Assembly (NCBI GenBank): GCA_044892505.1
Contig: CM097882.1
Location: 477,524,001 to 477,588,000 of the forward strand
DNA from: Schmidtea nova
Lineage: Eukaryota
Direction: 5' to 3'
DNA length: 64,000 bases
In this document: piece by piece, positions 19,696-33,059 of the stretch
Position numbering within the stretch: position 1 is the first letter of the stretch
Layout: each line of letters starts with the position of its first letter
Position numbers and translations under genes: made by a program
Notes under the pieces: generated by a model
Told to the model about the DNA's origin: nothing
The model's input: the letters and a program-made list of their open reading frames with translations, nothing else
The model's database searches: none

Positions 19696-22100
19696 TGTTG
19701 GGCCAAAACGCAATTTGTTTTAATAAAACGATAACCCCATAGGTAGAGAACGCGCAAAATTCCATTTTTAACCTTAGCTTCCATTAAAAATCCAACAATT
19801 AAGTGGAAAACACCAAAAGGTGAAGTGGAATCAAAACACATCAACCGGTAGACTACGCGCTAACTGCGAATTTATAAATATTTTCACTAAAATCTCGAGA
19901 AAAATTAAAAGCAGAATGTTTGGAAGCTAGAATAGGCAAAAAACCCATGGAAAGTGCCCATAAAGAACAGAATTTTGTCATAAACCTTCAAGTGCAGAAA
20001 AATTAACACAATTCTAGAGGAAAATTGTGAATTTATCACAAAATTTCACATATAACAATAGAAAGAATTAATATGGATCGAATATCATAAATTAAATCAA
20101 ATCGAACAAAATTCGATTCAAACATAAAAATTTTGCATTAAAATAAATTATTTATAGTTTATAAAAAATTATTATACAAAAATATGGAATTAATTTTCGG
20201 AAAATCATTAGAATTAATTTAGAAAAAATTAAGAGAAAATTCTAGAACAATTTGTTTTATTGCACTACCGGGGATAGAGAAAATTTGATGGTATATATAC
20301 CGCCATCAAAATGGCAGAATTCAGAATTTGTGAAAATTTTTCCGAAAGATTTTTTTTACTGATACAGAATTTGTGGTAACCAAAAATTTATTTAGAAGAA
20401 TTTAAGAAGAATTTAGAAGAATTCGTTAATTTCGAAAATTTGCGAGGAAACGTAAGGGGTAATTTGCTTTTTAATATTATATATTTTTTTTTTGGGGATT
20501 GGAATGGTCGTCCATCATGCCTGACGATCATCCCATTCCTCATTCTTTGTTAATTTGTTATTTATTATTCTATTGACGTATATATTGTTATTATGAAATT
20601 ATTAAAATATTAATTTTTGTTAAAATTTTCTTGTTATTATTATCATAATAAGACATAAATTTCCAACTTAATGATTATTTTGCAAGCAGTTATTTGAATA
20701 AAATTATCGAAAATAAATAAAGAATTTTTTTTTGTTTTCCATATCTTCTGACGATCCGTCCAGCATTGCGTTGTGCGGATCTGTTAGTAGCCTGGGTGGA
20801 TCGTTGTCTGATTGGTAATCGGCCAGCCCATATTTCCACTTTAAGGTGAGGCTCATACATCCAAATTCTCGTCATCCCAACTGGGGAATCGTGGTTTGGC
20901 CAAGAGCAAGGTTTTGTTATACTAATGATTTTTATTATAATAGAGTATCATATTTTCTATTATCTACATAAGCAATTTCGTAATATAACATAACAATCTC
21001 TAACTCATGTCTTGAAATCTAAAATAGGAAATATTATTAATTAAAAAATCGACTCGTACTCACCTTCACCTTCGCACTCTCAAAAACGATCAGCTCATGA
21101 GAAAATGCAAGAAAAATGGATGCTAATGATGAAGAGAAAATTGTTCGAAATAATGCTCAAGTCTAGAATAATGCTCACGAAGTGAAATGAATTGTGAAAC
21201 AAGTATTGATTGAATCTGAATTAAAACTCATTATGGTCTAAATAAGTTTTCCTGTGAATCTTGTTTTTCGAGAGCCTGAAATTCCTAAGTGAAGTGTCCC
21301 GAAAAATTCGCGTACACTTTGATTGGGAAATTCATGCTCAACAAAACCGAAATTTACTTCACTTGATGTTAAAAATATTCGTTGGAAAATGTATAACTTA
21401 TTTTATTTTATTTTTATTTTTTATTTAGCATATAAAATTTTTTAGATTAAATGCTTATTTAGATTTCGAAATTTATGGATGAAAAATTTATTATTATGTG
21501 AATTTCGTTTCGATCAAAAAATAAAAATTTACTTTTTATTATATTGGAAAATTTTTATAATGAATAATTGTGAACCAAAAATTCTCCGAATATTATTATG
21601 ATATAAAAGATTTTGTCATTTTATAAAATTCCTAAGAATTTATAAATCGAAACTTATATTGGAACCCATAAAAATTTTAAATCGAAAATATTATTAGTAT
21701 ATTGAAAATTTTATCATTTCAAAAAATCCAAAATTTCAAAATTCTATAGGAAAATTTTTTTTACTATATATACATATACTTAAAATATAAAAATTCGAAT
21801 ATAAAAATTCATATTATAAAAATTAGAAATGGTATTATTATATTATTAAAATTATAAAAAGCATTATAAAAATTTATAATATAAAAATTAGGAATTTTAT
21901 TATTGTATTATTTTCATAAAATTATAAAACTAAAATTTATAAAAAGTATTATAAAAATTTATAATATAAAAATTGGAAATTTTATTATTATATTACTTCA
22001 TAAAAATTATAAATCTAAAGTTTATAAAAAGTATTAATATTATTATTATTTTAATATAAAAATTATTATTATTATTTTAATTTTAAAAATATTTTATATA

Positions 22101-22138
<38 letters not shown>

Positions 22139-23468
22139 ATATATATATATTATAAATACCCCCACGATATCTCAAAAATCATAATGCATCCCTATTTGCA
22201 AAAAATTACATCCATTTCATTCAATAGCATTTTCCATACTAATACACAAGCAACATATATTTAAAATACAATATACACACATACACAGTATCATTTATTA
22301 GTATTCAATAGTTATATACACACAAGCAAACAATACTGAAAATTCTACACAGTTATGTTAGTCGGCAACATACATCCAGAAAAACCATACAAAAATTTCT
22401 ATCATTCAAACCTACCATATAAAATTGAATGTACCCAGCCAAATAAGCCATTTACATTACAGTTTATTTTTAATTTACAAAAATTTCGTAAAAATAATAA
22501 AAACTCAAACGAAAAAGAGTAAAGACGAAAAAATTTTTATCTAAAGATTTATTGATAAAAATTCAGTTTGAGGGATAAGAGTCCCCGGCAAGGATTTTTC
22601 CGGTTTGCAGTACTTGAAGGGCCAGTTCTAACATATTCTCTTCAAGAAATTTTCTAAAATTGTTCAAAATAAATTATAATTCTGAAATAATCAAAATTTT
22701 ACTTGGTTGGTAGAGCGGGCTATTTTGCTTCGTAGAAGCTCGAGATCTAATTGGATTGACCCATTTGGGGTGGGAGAATTTTCCTCTGGCTTCGTAGTTT
22801 CTGGGAAGATCCATTTCTTGTTGATCTGAACTATAGAAATCGTTAATTAATCAATTTAGTAAAAAATTCAGAAAATTACCTTTAAAATTAATATAATTTT
22901 TAAATTGAGTAAATTTGTCCTTTTGATTAAATTAGCAATTTTAAACAAACGGAAATTTTATTTTTATTATTTCTAAACTGGATTAAATTACGGTAATAAT
23001 TAAAATTTTTCTTAAATTTCAAATGCAGATTAAAAATTTTTCTATAAAAATATAATATTTTATGTATTAATTATCATAAAATGCAATATTGGTAAAATAT
23101 AGGGTTATATTAGTGTTTTGATGCTCGGAATAATTTATTTGGATGTAATAATGAATTTATAGTTATGTAGAGTGTTTATGTTGAATTTCCGACGAAAATT
23201 TTTATTGAAAGCTTATAGATAAATCATGTAAGAAGGGACAAAATGGGCAAGAGACCTTCTATCGGTAGCCCTTGGACCCAGGAGATATTCGGTCAATCAT
23301 AGTTTCGTATTGACGACGCTCACTGATTGCGAATACCCACCCACTTGTTACAGTACCAACGTTACATAGTGACGGGTAACAAGATGGTAGTTTAAATGTT
23401 TTATGTGTTGAGTTGTTGATGAGAGCCATAGAAACGTCAAGGTCATATTGACGATCAACAACCCACCA
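19696..23468 (+). repeat. 3' LTR (3773 bp)
   Basis: TG...CA termini. The offset to the 5' LTR is 17456 before and 17460 after the (TA)n tract. Followed by the TSD ATTT. Confidence 0.95.
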
Positions 23469-24493
23469 ATTTATTAAAATAATTTGAAATGATAAATAAT
23501 TTTAATTTAATAAATTTTTTAAATAATTGTAATAATTAACGTGTATTTAAATTTTTTTAAATTTTTATAATTTGTAATTTTTATTTTAAAATTTTGTAAT
23601 TTGAAGAGATGAAATAAATAATTAAATTTTAATAAATTAAAATTTTATAAATAATTTTTACATTTTTAAATTTTTAAATTGTTTTGAAAATCTTTTTTTC
23701 AAGGTTGAAAAATTGTTTGAAAATAATATAATATTTCATAAAATAAAAACTTGGAATTATGACTTCAACTTCTCAATCTGATTTAGGAAATAATTTAGAA
23801 GATGTTCTAGCAACATCTAATTTGAATACTTAAATTGAATTTATTAAATTAATTTATAATTTTAATATCTAGTTTTATTATAATTTTTAAATCTATTTAA
23901 ATCTGAAAATTAAATACTATTTATATTTAATTATTCTCACATTAAAGAAATAAGAAAACTAATTATTGTTAATTATTTTATTAAAATACAAACTCTCAGT
24001 AATTGCATTTATTAAAAGAATAATCGAAAAGTTTTGTATGTACAATTCAAAAACAGATTTAATTTGATATTTAATAAAAACTTTTTATTTAATTACTACT
24101 TAAAAATTAATAATAATACTTTATAATTTTTACATACACACACGCTAAATATATTTTATTAAATATTTTTTTTAATCATATTAATCATAATATATATTAT
24201 AAAATAGAATTATTATAAAGATAATCACAATATTAATTGTTTTAAATATTCAAAGGCATTAATATTTAAAACTACTTTTTATATTACAATAGATTTCATC
24301 AAACAAATATTCGAATTGTTACATTTAATGATAATAAATAATATTTTACGTCTGACATTCATGTTAGAGATAAAATTAAATATTTTGTAGCAGTTAATGG
24401 TCGCAGGCTTCATTAATAATTCACTAAAACAATTTTTAATGAATTTTTTAAATATTTTTGTAACCTCAACATGGCAAAAGGTAAAATTCAATT

Positions 24494-24995
24494 TTAAATA
24501 TTTTATAAATTCAATCAATCAAATAAATTATTAAAGATTTTAAAAATTTATTTAACATCACTTTTAAAACAATAATTAATCACATTTAATTTAGTGATTA
24601 ATTAATAAGAAAATATATAATTTGTTTTTAAATCGTTTTATTTATTTATTTTTTATTTAAATAAAAAATTTAATCAATTTATTTTTAATAAAAATTCTAA
24701 TAAAATAAATATGCATTCAAAAAAAAATAATTAATAATAATAATAATAAAAAATAATAATTAAATATTTTATAAATTCAATCAATCAAATAAATTATTAA
24801 AGATTTTAAATATTTATTTAACATCACTTTTAAAACAATAATTAATCACATTTAATTTAGTAATTAATTAATAAGAAAATATATAATAATGTTTTTAAAT
24901 CGTTTTATTTATTTATTTTTTATTTAAATAAAAAATTTATTCAATTTGTTTTTAATAAAAATTCTAATAAAATAAATATGCATTCAAAAATAAAT
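24494..24995. repeat. Tandem duplication of a ~266-bp AT-rich segment
   Basis: TTAAATATTTTATAAATTCAATCAATC...ATGCATTCAAAAA occurs at 24494 and again at 24760. Confidence 0.8.
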
Positions 24996-25036
24996 AATAA
25001 ATAATTTTAATTACAAATAATCATATGAAAACTAAC

Positions 25037-25550
25037 TCGGCTTTAAAACATGGTGTTGAATTTTCTGTGCTTCAATGAAAGGCAATGGCAACAGATAGCA
25101 AAATCCAGAAATAATCTGCAACACAATGGAAATTGGAAGAAATTGTTGCTTAATTGACGCTTGAACTCCACAAGAAAACAAATTTTTATCCGATTGGGAT
25201 TTTTTCATGTCAATTCTTATTAACTGACCCCTTTCATCGCTATCGAAAATAAAGTGATTATTATCAATATCCTTGCCGAGAACGTGGCCATCATTTGCCA
25301 GGTTGTCTGTGACAATCATCGACGAGAGAAGAATGATTGGCAACAAAGTAATAGAACACAACAAACAGCTCAACTGGAAATTCATTGGACCCGGCCTCCA
25401 GTTGCCCCCATAGGCTGGATCCGATGACAAAGCTTTCAAGCGCAAATAATCATGAATGCTCGTGTAAATCAAATAAACATGCAAAATTGCTAGAAAAATA
25501 AATATCCAAATTCTCCACAATTCCAATTTGATGAAGTTCGAATTTACCAT
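25037..25550 (-). CDS. tinc: First coding exon of a Tincar-like multipass membrane protein (host gene)
   Basis: LWRIWIFIFLAILHVYL...LLPIILLSSMIVTDNLANDGHVLG...PISIVLQIISGFCYLLPLPFIEAQKI matches Tincar motifs (LWSIWY, GNLANDG.KLG, CFLLP.LL.EA). The exon ends at donor CCGA|GTTAGT (25036). The next exon was not found in the window. Confidence 0.75.
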
Positions 25551-28034
25551 AATAATATTTTTTTTTATTATTTCAATGGGAATTTTTTGATCGATCCATT
25601 CGTTTTCTATAATCAAATCAGAATTGCATTGATTATTGATATTTCCACCACTCTTTTATTTTTAATTGATTATTTTTTTTTCATATATGAACCACTTTTA
25701 GTTTAAATATGAAGGAAATTTATTTCGTCATGAATTATACCAATGCAATTCTTTCATAAGTTAATTATGTCGACCAATTGAAATTAATTCATATTTCCTT
25801 TTATGTAATCGGGGTTTTTTTGTTTGAATGCTTGCATATAAATATTGAATTTAAGGAATTATTAGTTATATTTAAAATGAGAAAAAAAAATTTGACGGCA
25901 TATTAGAATGCCGTTAAAAATATTTTCCAGATGTTTCAATTATTCAGTGACAAATTTTCAATTCCATTATTAGATTGATTTTCTTTATTTTGTCTTTTGT
26001 TTTATATTCCTAATCCAGTTGAACTTAAAACTAATTATTGTTTGAAAGAAAATGGAATTTTTTACAGTTAATCTTGAAATCGTGATTTTTAAAAGGAAAT
26101 TATTTGTCTTAAAGTTTTTAAAATCAATTTAAAAATTAAATTTTAAATTTTAAATAAAATGTCAACATTTATTTAATTTGACAAAAAAATTGAATATTGT
26201 CTAAATTAAATTCCATTGTCGACGAAATAAATGAAAAAAAAATTATTTTTAATGGATAATAATTACGATTTCAAAATTTAATATTTCTTTTTGTCACAAT
26301 TGAAAAGCAGTACGTTTACTGATGTCGTTTGCTATTGAAAATGTAAATTGTTTTAATGAGACTTTATCTGTTTCTAGGATGACAATAAAGCAACAATTGG
26401 AATTTATTTTTGTTATCTTGTATGAAGTAATTGGTTTTAAACAAAAGAATTAATAAGGGAAAAATATTATGCAAATTTTTATTTAATTTTGTAATATGAT
26501 AAATTTTTATCATTTTTAAAAAGAATAAAACTAACTTTCAATAAACAATATAAATATAAAAAACATTTGAAAACAGCCAGTGCCAAAATTTTCACAAAAT
26601 AAAAAAAATAAATTTTTTGATCAATTGTCTGTAAAAATGAAAATAAGATATGAATATTTATTAATATTATTATCAATTATTATAATTACTTTTTATTATT
26701 ATTTTTATTATTATTTTTATTATAATTATTATNNNNNNNNNNNNNNNNNNNNNNNNNNNNNNNNNNNNNNNNNNNNNNNNNNNNNNNNNNNNNNNNNNNN
26801 NNNNNNNNNNNNNNNNNNNNNNNNNNNNNNNNNNNNNNNNNNNNNNNNNNNNNNNNNNNNNNNNNNNNNNNNNNNNNNNNNNNNNNNNNNNNNNNNNNNN
26901 NNNNNNNNNNNNNNNNNNNNNNNNNNNNNNNNNNNNNNNNNNNNNNNNNNNNNNNNNNNNNNNNNNNNNNNAATTTATAATGTTTAATTTCATTAAAGCT
27001 TAGATAATTAAAATATTACTATATTAATTGTTAAAATTTTAATAATATTTAAAACTATTATATTATAATTTAATCATTATATTATAAATTAAAAATTAAA
27101 ATTACATTATAGAACGATCAAAGCTGTTGATGCGAATTCGAGAATCACTGTTTAACAAAAGAAAGTGATAAAAGGAAGAAGTCAGGACTTCTGTAAAAGA
27201 GATTCATTTACGCTAAAATTCATTTAACATTTTATCCTAAGTGTCACAAGGACAGCGCTTTTTTTAAGTACTGACAACTACGAGCGTTGCTTGGGCAGGT
27301 GCCATTTCTACTTGTCGCAGTAATGCACTTAGAATTCTTTAAGGGGGCATTAGTTATTCTTACATGAGTTTCATTTCCCCAAATTTTTATTGTTAAAAAC
27401 TGAGTAAGCTACAAATATCTTTATTTATAAGTAATTTTATATGCGTGGATACAAACATAATAATTTATATTAAAAAAATATTTTTTTATCATTACCTTTT
27501 ACAGTCATATAATTCTTCGGTATATTACACTAAAAACTTCTAATGTTTTGTGAAAAGAAAATGATTGGCCAATTTTCTTGGATTAGTAAGAGATTTTTTA
27601 TTTTCAAAAATTCACAGGTTAGAAGACTATATCTAAAAAATTACTTAAAATGCCTAGAAAGCAATAAATGACATCAAATTTGTATGCTTTCTTCAAGAAC
27701 TATTCGCTTTAACGAACTAATCTTATTAACATAAATTATTTTGTTTAAATAATGGGAAGTATTCATATTTTATATAAACATGTTTGAATTTTATTTTTTA
27801 TTTGTGAATCGTTATTGTAGTGGATTTTGTTTAGCTGTGGAGAGCCTTGGAGGTGGTTTGATGCAAGCCACTGGCCCCATGCTCATGGATGTAAGACTAA
27901 CCTAGAAACATTCATATGTCTGGTTATTTGTTTTTATTGAACATTTTTGCATAATTATTTAGGGTAATAATAATAATAATAATTGATGTTGGCACAAAAA
28001 CTTCCATTCAGCTAAATGCAGAAGATTTGGGAAT

Positions 28035-28110
28035 TGAAACATAAATAAAGAGACAGAAGTTAATTAGCGATGCTCAGTGTGGATTCCGTATGAACTAACT
28101 ATCTGTTACA
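28035..28110 (+). pseudogene. Tiny non-LTR (LINE) RT fragment
   Basis: QKLISDAQCGFR resembles the LINE RT Q.GFR motif; very short. Confidence 0.35.
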
Positions 28111-31100
28111 AGGCTCAGCAAGCCATACTATCAAGTGTTTCCTGATTTTCATTATCAAATTTCAGAATAATTAGTCAAATAATTTTAGATACTAAGCTTG
28201 GGCCTCAATTTCACAAAAGGTATCCAACAATAAGGTGATGATGTTAAGGAATCATGCTCAAGTGGCACAACAAAACTTCAAGTGATGCTCTCAAAATAAA
28301 AGGAAAGGATTAATATCAATTATTTTTATTGATAAGAGAAAGACAAGAAAAAATAAGAAAGATAAAAAATGACCGGAAAATAAAACCATAAATTGTAATA
28401 AACGTGTAAAGTTTAGTGGAGGGTGATTCGTAAAGTTAATAAAACAAAAGTTAAGTAAACAAAACTTTAATATTCAGATAAAAATAAAAGAAGCAATATA
28501 AGAGCATAGTCAATTAATGAGATTTAGCGTTGTTTTCAGTCATATCGATGTTTGTGAATATGTGAGTGTGAGAATTTTGAGTGTGTGTGTTTGCCTCATT
28601 TTTTGCGGTTTAAGTAAATTAACTGATGTGATTGTTGATGATGTTTATTTTTTTCTTTTGATTTGTGTTCTATACTCGTTTAATTTTTTAAATGTCATGG
28701 GCGAAATGCCACATACTTTGGAGAAGACATTTCTGTACTCGATTATTAGAGCATTTGCAATTGGGGATTATGGATTTTGTTTTCAATCATTTTGTTGTTT
28801 ATAAATATGAAAATATTTATAAAATATTCTTAAAAAAATATTTTTAATTAAAAAGAATATAATATTTTTAAGATTAATTTATTTAAATTAAAAATTTTTT
28901 TATCGTTTTAAATTCTTTGGCTATTTTATAATATGCATTTTATTTTAAAAATTATTATTAATTTGTTTTGAAAATCATTTTATTTGATTTATATTTTAAT
29001 GGAAGATTGAGTAGCACCTGATGAAGAGAATTAAGTTCTCGAAATATATTGTGCAGAATATATATTTGGATTGATATTTGTTTTTAATTATTTTAGTGTC
29101 ATGTGTTTTGAGTTATGTATTGAATATAAGATTTATAAATATTTAAACGATTTATTATGTCTAACTTTTATGAAATATAAAACGGTAGATTTATTAGTGG
29201 ATGGATAGGCATCGATGAATATATCCATTTAACTAAGGTTGGCGATAAACGTAGGCTTCACACCTCGACTGGGAACGATTACCAACTGACATGGTGAAGT
29301 ACATCAGTGACAAGATGTTGAGATTTCTGAATGATAAATTTTATATAAATTTTATTTTGTAAATTTAATTAATATTTAATTAATATTTAAAATAATTATT
29401 CTTTGGTTTGTGTCTATACTATCATGAAATAAAATAAAAAAGCACATAACCTAAGTGCAAATCAATAAAAATTTCAGATTCAAAAAGTAATAATAAAAGT
29501 ACAAAAATTAATTAAAAATTTGGAAAATTAAAAATAAACATTTTTGCGGGGGAAACTGCTAGTGGCAGATGTCAAAAGGTGAAATGAATCCAAATATAAT
29601 AATATAAAAAAAACAAAAGAGAAAAAAATATTTAGACAAAGCAGAAATTATTTAAAAAATTAATAATCTAATCATTAGGTCCTAATGGGAATCTCGAGTT
29701 ATCAACAAATTTATCTTATTACCAAGGAAAATTGGACAATTTAGAGGAGACTTTGTCGAAAAAACAACTAATTTAATAACTCCGACTTAACTAACTATAA
29801 AGAAATTCAGTGGTAAAAAGAAAAACCCGAGCGATAAGGAGAACCTGAGGAATCAACAAAATGATTCAATTATTTTTAAGAAAAAACCCAGATGCAATTT
29901 GATTAACTCTGCAAGATAAAATAGAAAATTTCTTATTGCAGTCAAAAATTCAATTAGAGACCAATCAACTCGAGAGACAGGAGTCACTATATAAACTCAG
30001 ATAGAATTCTAAAAGTCGACAGTTAGTCGAAGAGACTTTCAAAATATTAGAAGTAAAAAGAGGTAAGGAACTGAAGACAGTGTAGTATTTCTGTGTACAA
30101 AAAAGGGAATTTCGAATTTGGATATTCTTCATATTGCAGTGAGAGTGCAGACAAAAGGTATTATTGATGAGTGTAAATTATTTTTGCTATATCAAATAAA
30201 AGTTATTGTGTTCGGTAATTTGTTTAATTTCAAATAAAGAGCGCTAGGAATTAGACGTTAATTCCAACTTTTAAAATAAACCGAATATTATAAAAATCAA
30301 AAAAAGTTTTATAAAAAATTGTTTATTATTTTTTTAAAATTTTATGTTCTATTTAATACAAATATCATAATCTGTGCCAGAATTTTCAATCATATGTTTA
30401 TAAATATTTTAAAAATTATTAATTCAGAAAAATATTTACTGAATTATCAATTAAATTTTAAAATTCTATCTCAAAAATCTCAATTCGGTCATTGAGAAAT
30501 TCTCGATGCCAAATAAAACGAAAAGTTTGGATTGCAGTTTTAATTATAAGAAAAATATTTTTTTTAAATTAATCATTAATTAATCTAAAAGTTTATTTCT
30601 AAAATTAATATAATTAAGAATTAAATTTTTCAGAAAATTTTATTTTCTAATTTTTGACTTCATTTATTGATAATAAAACAAGAGAGGAAATAAACTAAGG
30701 AAAGCAAATATTAAAGTGAAAGTTATTTACTTTCTGGCATTTCTAAAATATTTAAATTGAATGAATAATAAAATACGTATTTAGAGTTTATTTTTCTCCA
30801 CGAATTGAAATACGGAATTTATTGCCATGTGTAAACTTTATCATAGACATTATTAGACATTTTGATGGAAAGTAAATAATTAGGAAATTTATTTTTTCCT
30901 CGTTCTCATTTATATTTCAAAGAGCTTGAATAAATTAAAAGCAATAATAATTTTTAAATTATAAGTTATATTTTATAATAAATTTAAATTGACATTTTCG
31001 CAAAAATAAAAAAAAGGAATTTAATTTCCAAAAGATTTTTAATTAAAATAGCTTTCAATATTATTACACAGGATTATTTTTAACAAATTCATATTTTTTT

Positions 31101-31299
31101 CTATTCTTGTGACCCTGTATTCTCGTCTCCAATAGTCAATGTTGCTCAGTCTCAAAATAGTACGGACAAAGTTGTGACTGGATAAAATATGCAGTACATT
31201 ATAGCAAACAAGTAAATAAAGTCAATTAATTCTTTCGACGAGTTCACTTTAATATGTGTTAAAAACCACTCTTGGAATGCGTGATTCAAGTCATTATTA

Positions 31300-32368
31300 A
31301 CTGATGTGATAGTTGTAACTAGGTCATTCCAAACACACATAATCCTTTCTCAATAAAATTTAAATTAAATCCTCATCTATTTTAGTACTTTTTTAAAATT
31401 TTGGTTTTGAAGAATATGTTACTAATTTGTCGGCTAAGTTACAAAGCCTTAAATTAATTCGCTTTTTTAAATTTTCAACAGTTTTACCATAAAGTTTAAA
31501 ATAAATTTTGTCTAGTGTGTTTCTAGAGACTGCTCAAAGTTGTGTTAGTGTCTATATTTTTTAAATATATTAGACTGATTGAATTTCATTGCGCGATTTA
31601 TTTTAGATACTTTTACACCTATTTTAATAAATAGTTTCAAAAGCTTCCAATGAAGAACATAATTTTGGTTTTAGTGTGACCAACAGTTTCTTCATTTTTT
31701 GAGTTAGGGGAGAGGCAAAAGTTTTACGGCGGCCACTGAAAAAATTATCCAGTTTTCATGACTTGAAGATGAAAGCTGTAAATCTACTTTCATTGTATAA
31801 TCTTATGGAAGTAAATCTAAATCACCCGATTTGATTTATCATTTAAAATTTCATTTAATAAAATGCCGTCATTTATCTCTTTATAATTACCATCGGAAAG
31901 CTTTTGACTAAGGGCCCACCCATACAGATTGTTGATATCTATATACAATAAATCCGTAATTGCACTCGTTTTCACATAGTGCTTATTTATAAAAGTTAAA
32001 CCCCCGTGTATTCCACCCTGAAAGAAATTATAAAGTTCCATATCTCGGATCAACTCAATAGGTTTATCTAATGTTAATAATCTTGAATTCCAAGACATGC
32101 CTAAAATTCCTAAATAATTTAAGGGTTCCAATATTTTATGAGCAATAGATTTTGCTCTAAACTGCTGGAAAAATTCCACTAGCAAAAACACATCGAATTT
32201 AAAGTAAATCGTCATGTAATCCAAAAGCGAATTACAATTGGTTTTCATACAAATAACTTAAGCCATATCGTATTCGACTTCAGTTACATCCTTCTAAATT
32301 GGAGGCAATTCAATTATTTCACGAAGGGCTTCTAAACTAGAAGCCCTATAATATGGAAATATTCCCTT
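31300..32368 (-). pseudogene. Polinton/Maverick-type protein-primed DNA polymerase B remnant
   Basis: Motifs in order: KGIFPY, LPP, Y..FDVFLL, GGIHGG, YIDINNLYGWALSQKL, NYVLHW.LLK, LYGKTVENLKKRINL. Several stops and frameshifts. Confidence 0.9.
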
Positions 32369-33059
32369 TGAATTAATTATTGTAACCCTAAACTCTGATA
32401 ATATTACCTTGCAATGAAACAATATTTGTCAATAACAGGAAACCCTATTTTCATTACGCATTTCAGTCTGTTGAATTTATGGATAATGAAAATTGGTTTA
32501 TTGATATATCAATCTAAGGTTATAAAATAGTGTCTTCAATCAGTGTCTCCAATTTGGAAAATCAACAGTGCTAGGATTGCTTAATAAGTGTGTTTTTTAA
32601 TAAATGTTGATAATATCAGTTTGACTTGAACTTTTGAAATTTTCAAAGTTTTTAAATATTTGAATAATTTTTGAAAATTTGAAAATCTTTGAAAATTTTG
32701 ACCTTGACCTTAAAATGAACTTAACCTTGTGATTACCTTGACCATTTTACTTAAAATAACCTTGACATTTGACATTAAAGTAACCTTAAAATAAAGTTAC
32801 AGTAATATGTCATCAATTATGTTAACTATGATGTCATGAAAGAATTCTTTTAAAAATTTGGTGGGTTTGGCAAAAAAGGGGGCCCGGGGTGGTTTCCGAT
32901 TTTGATTGGTTATGACTCATTGATTACGTAATTTCTTTTATACTTGAGAGCGCATATCTGTCTACTATTTAAATAAATTAAATTAAATTGAGTCGATATT
33001 TTAAAAGAAATTCTGAGATACAAAAAGAATCAATAAAAACTAAAATATATAAGAACAGT

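Larger units (their letters stand above)
2240..23468 (+). mobile_element. Giant (21.2 kb) LTR element with multigene cargo and no RT/RNaseH/integrase; apparently non-autonomous
   Basis: Direct repeats 2240-6008 and 19696-23468 begin TGTTGGG and end CCCACCA. ATTT is duplicated at 2236-2239 and 23469-23472. There is a PBS after the left repeat and a retropepsin ORF inside on the + strand. Confidence 0.95.

Noticed and set aside
24494-24995. 266-bp tandem duplication as a functional element
   Set aside because: Extremely AT-rich and non-coding; a local duplication or assembly artefact is sufficient.
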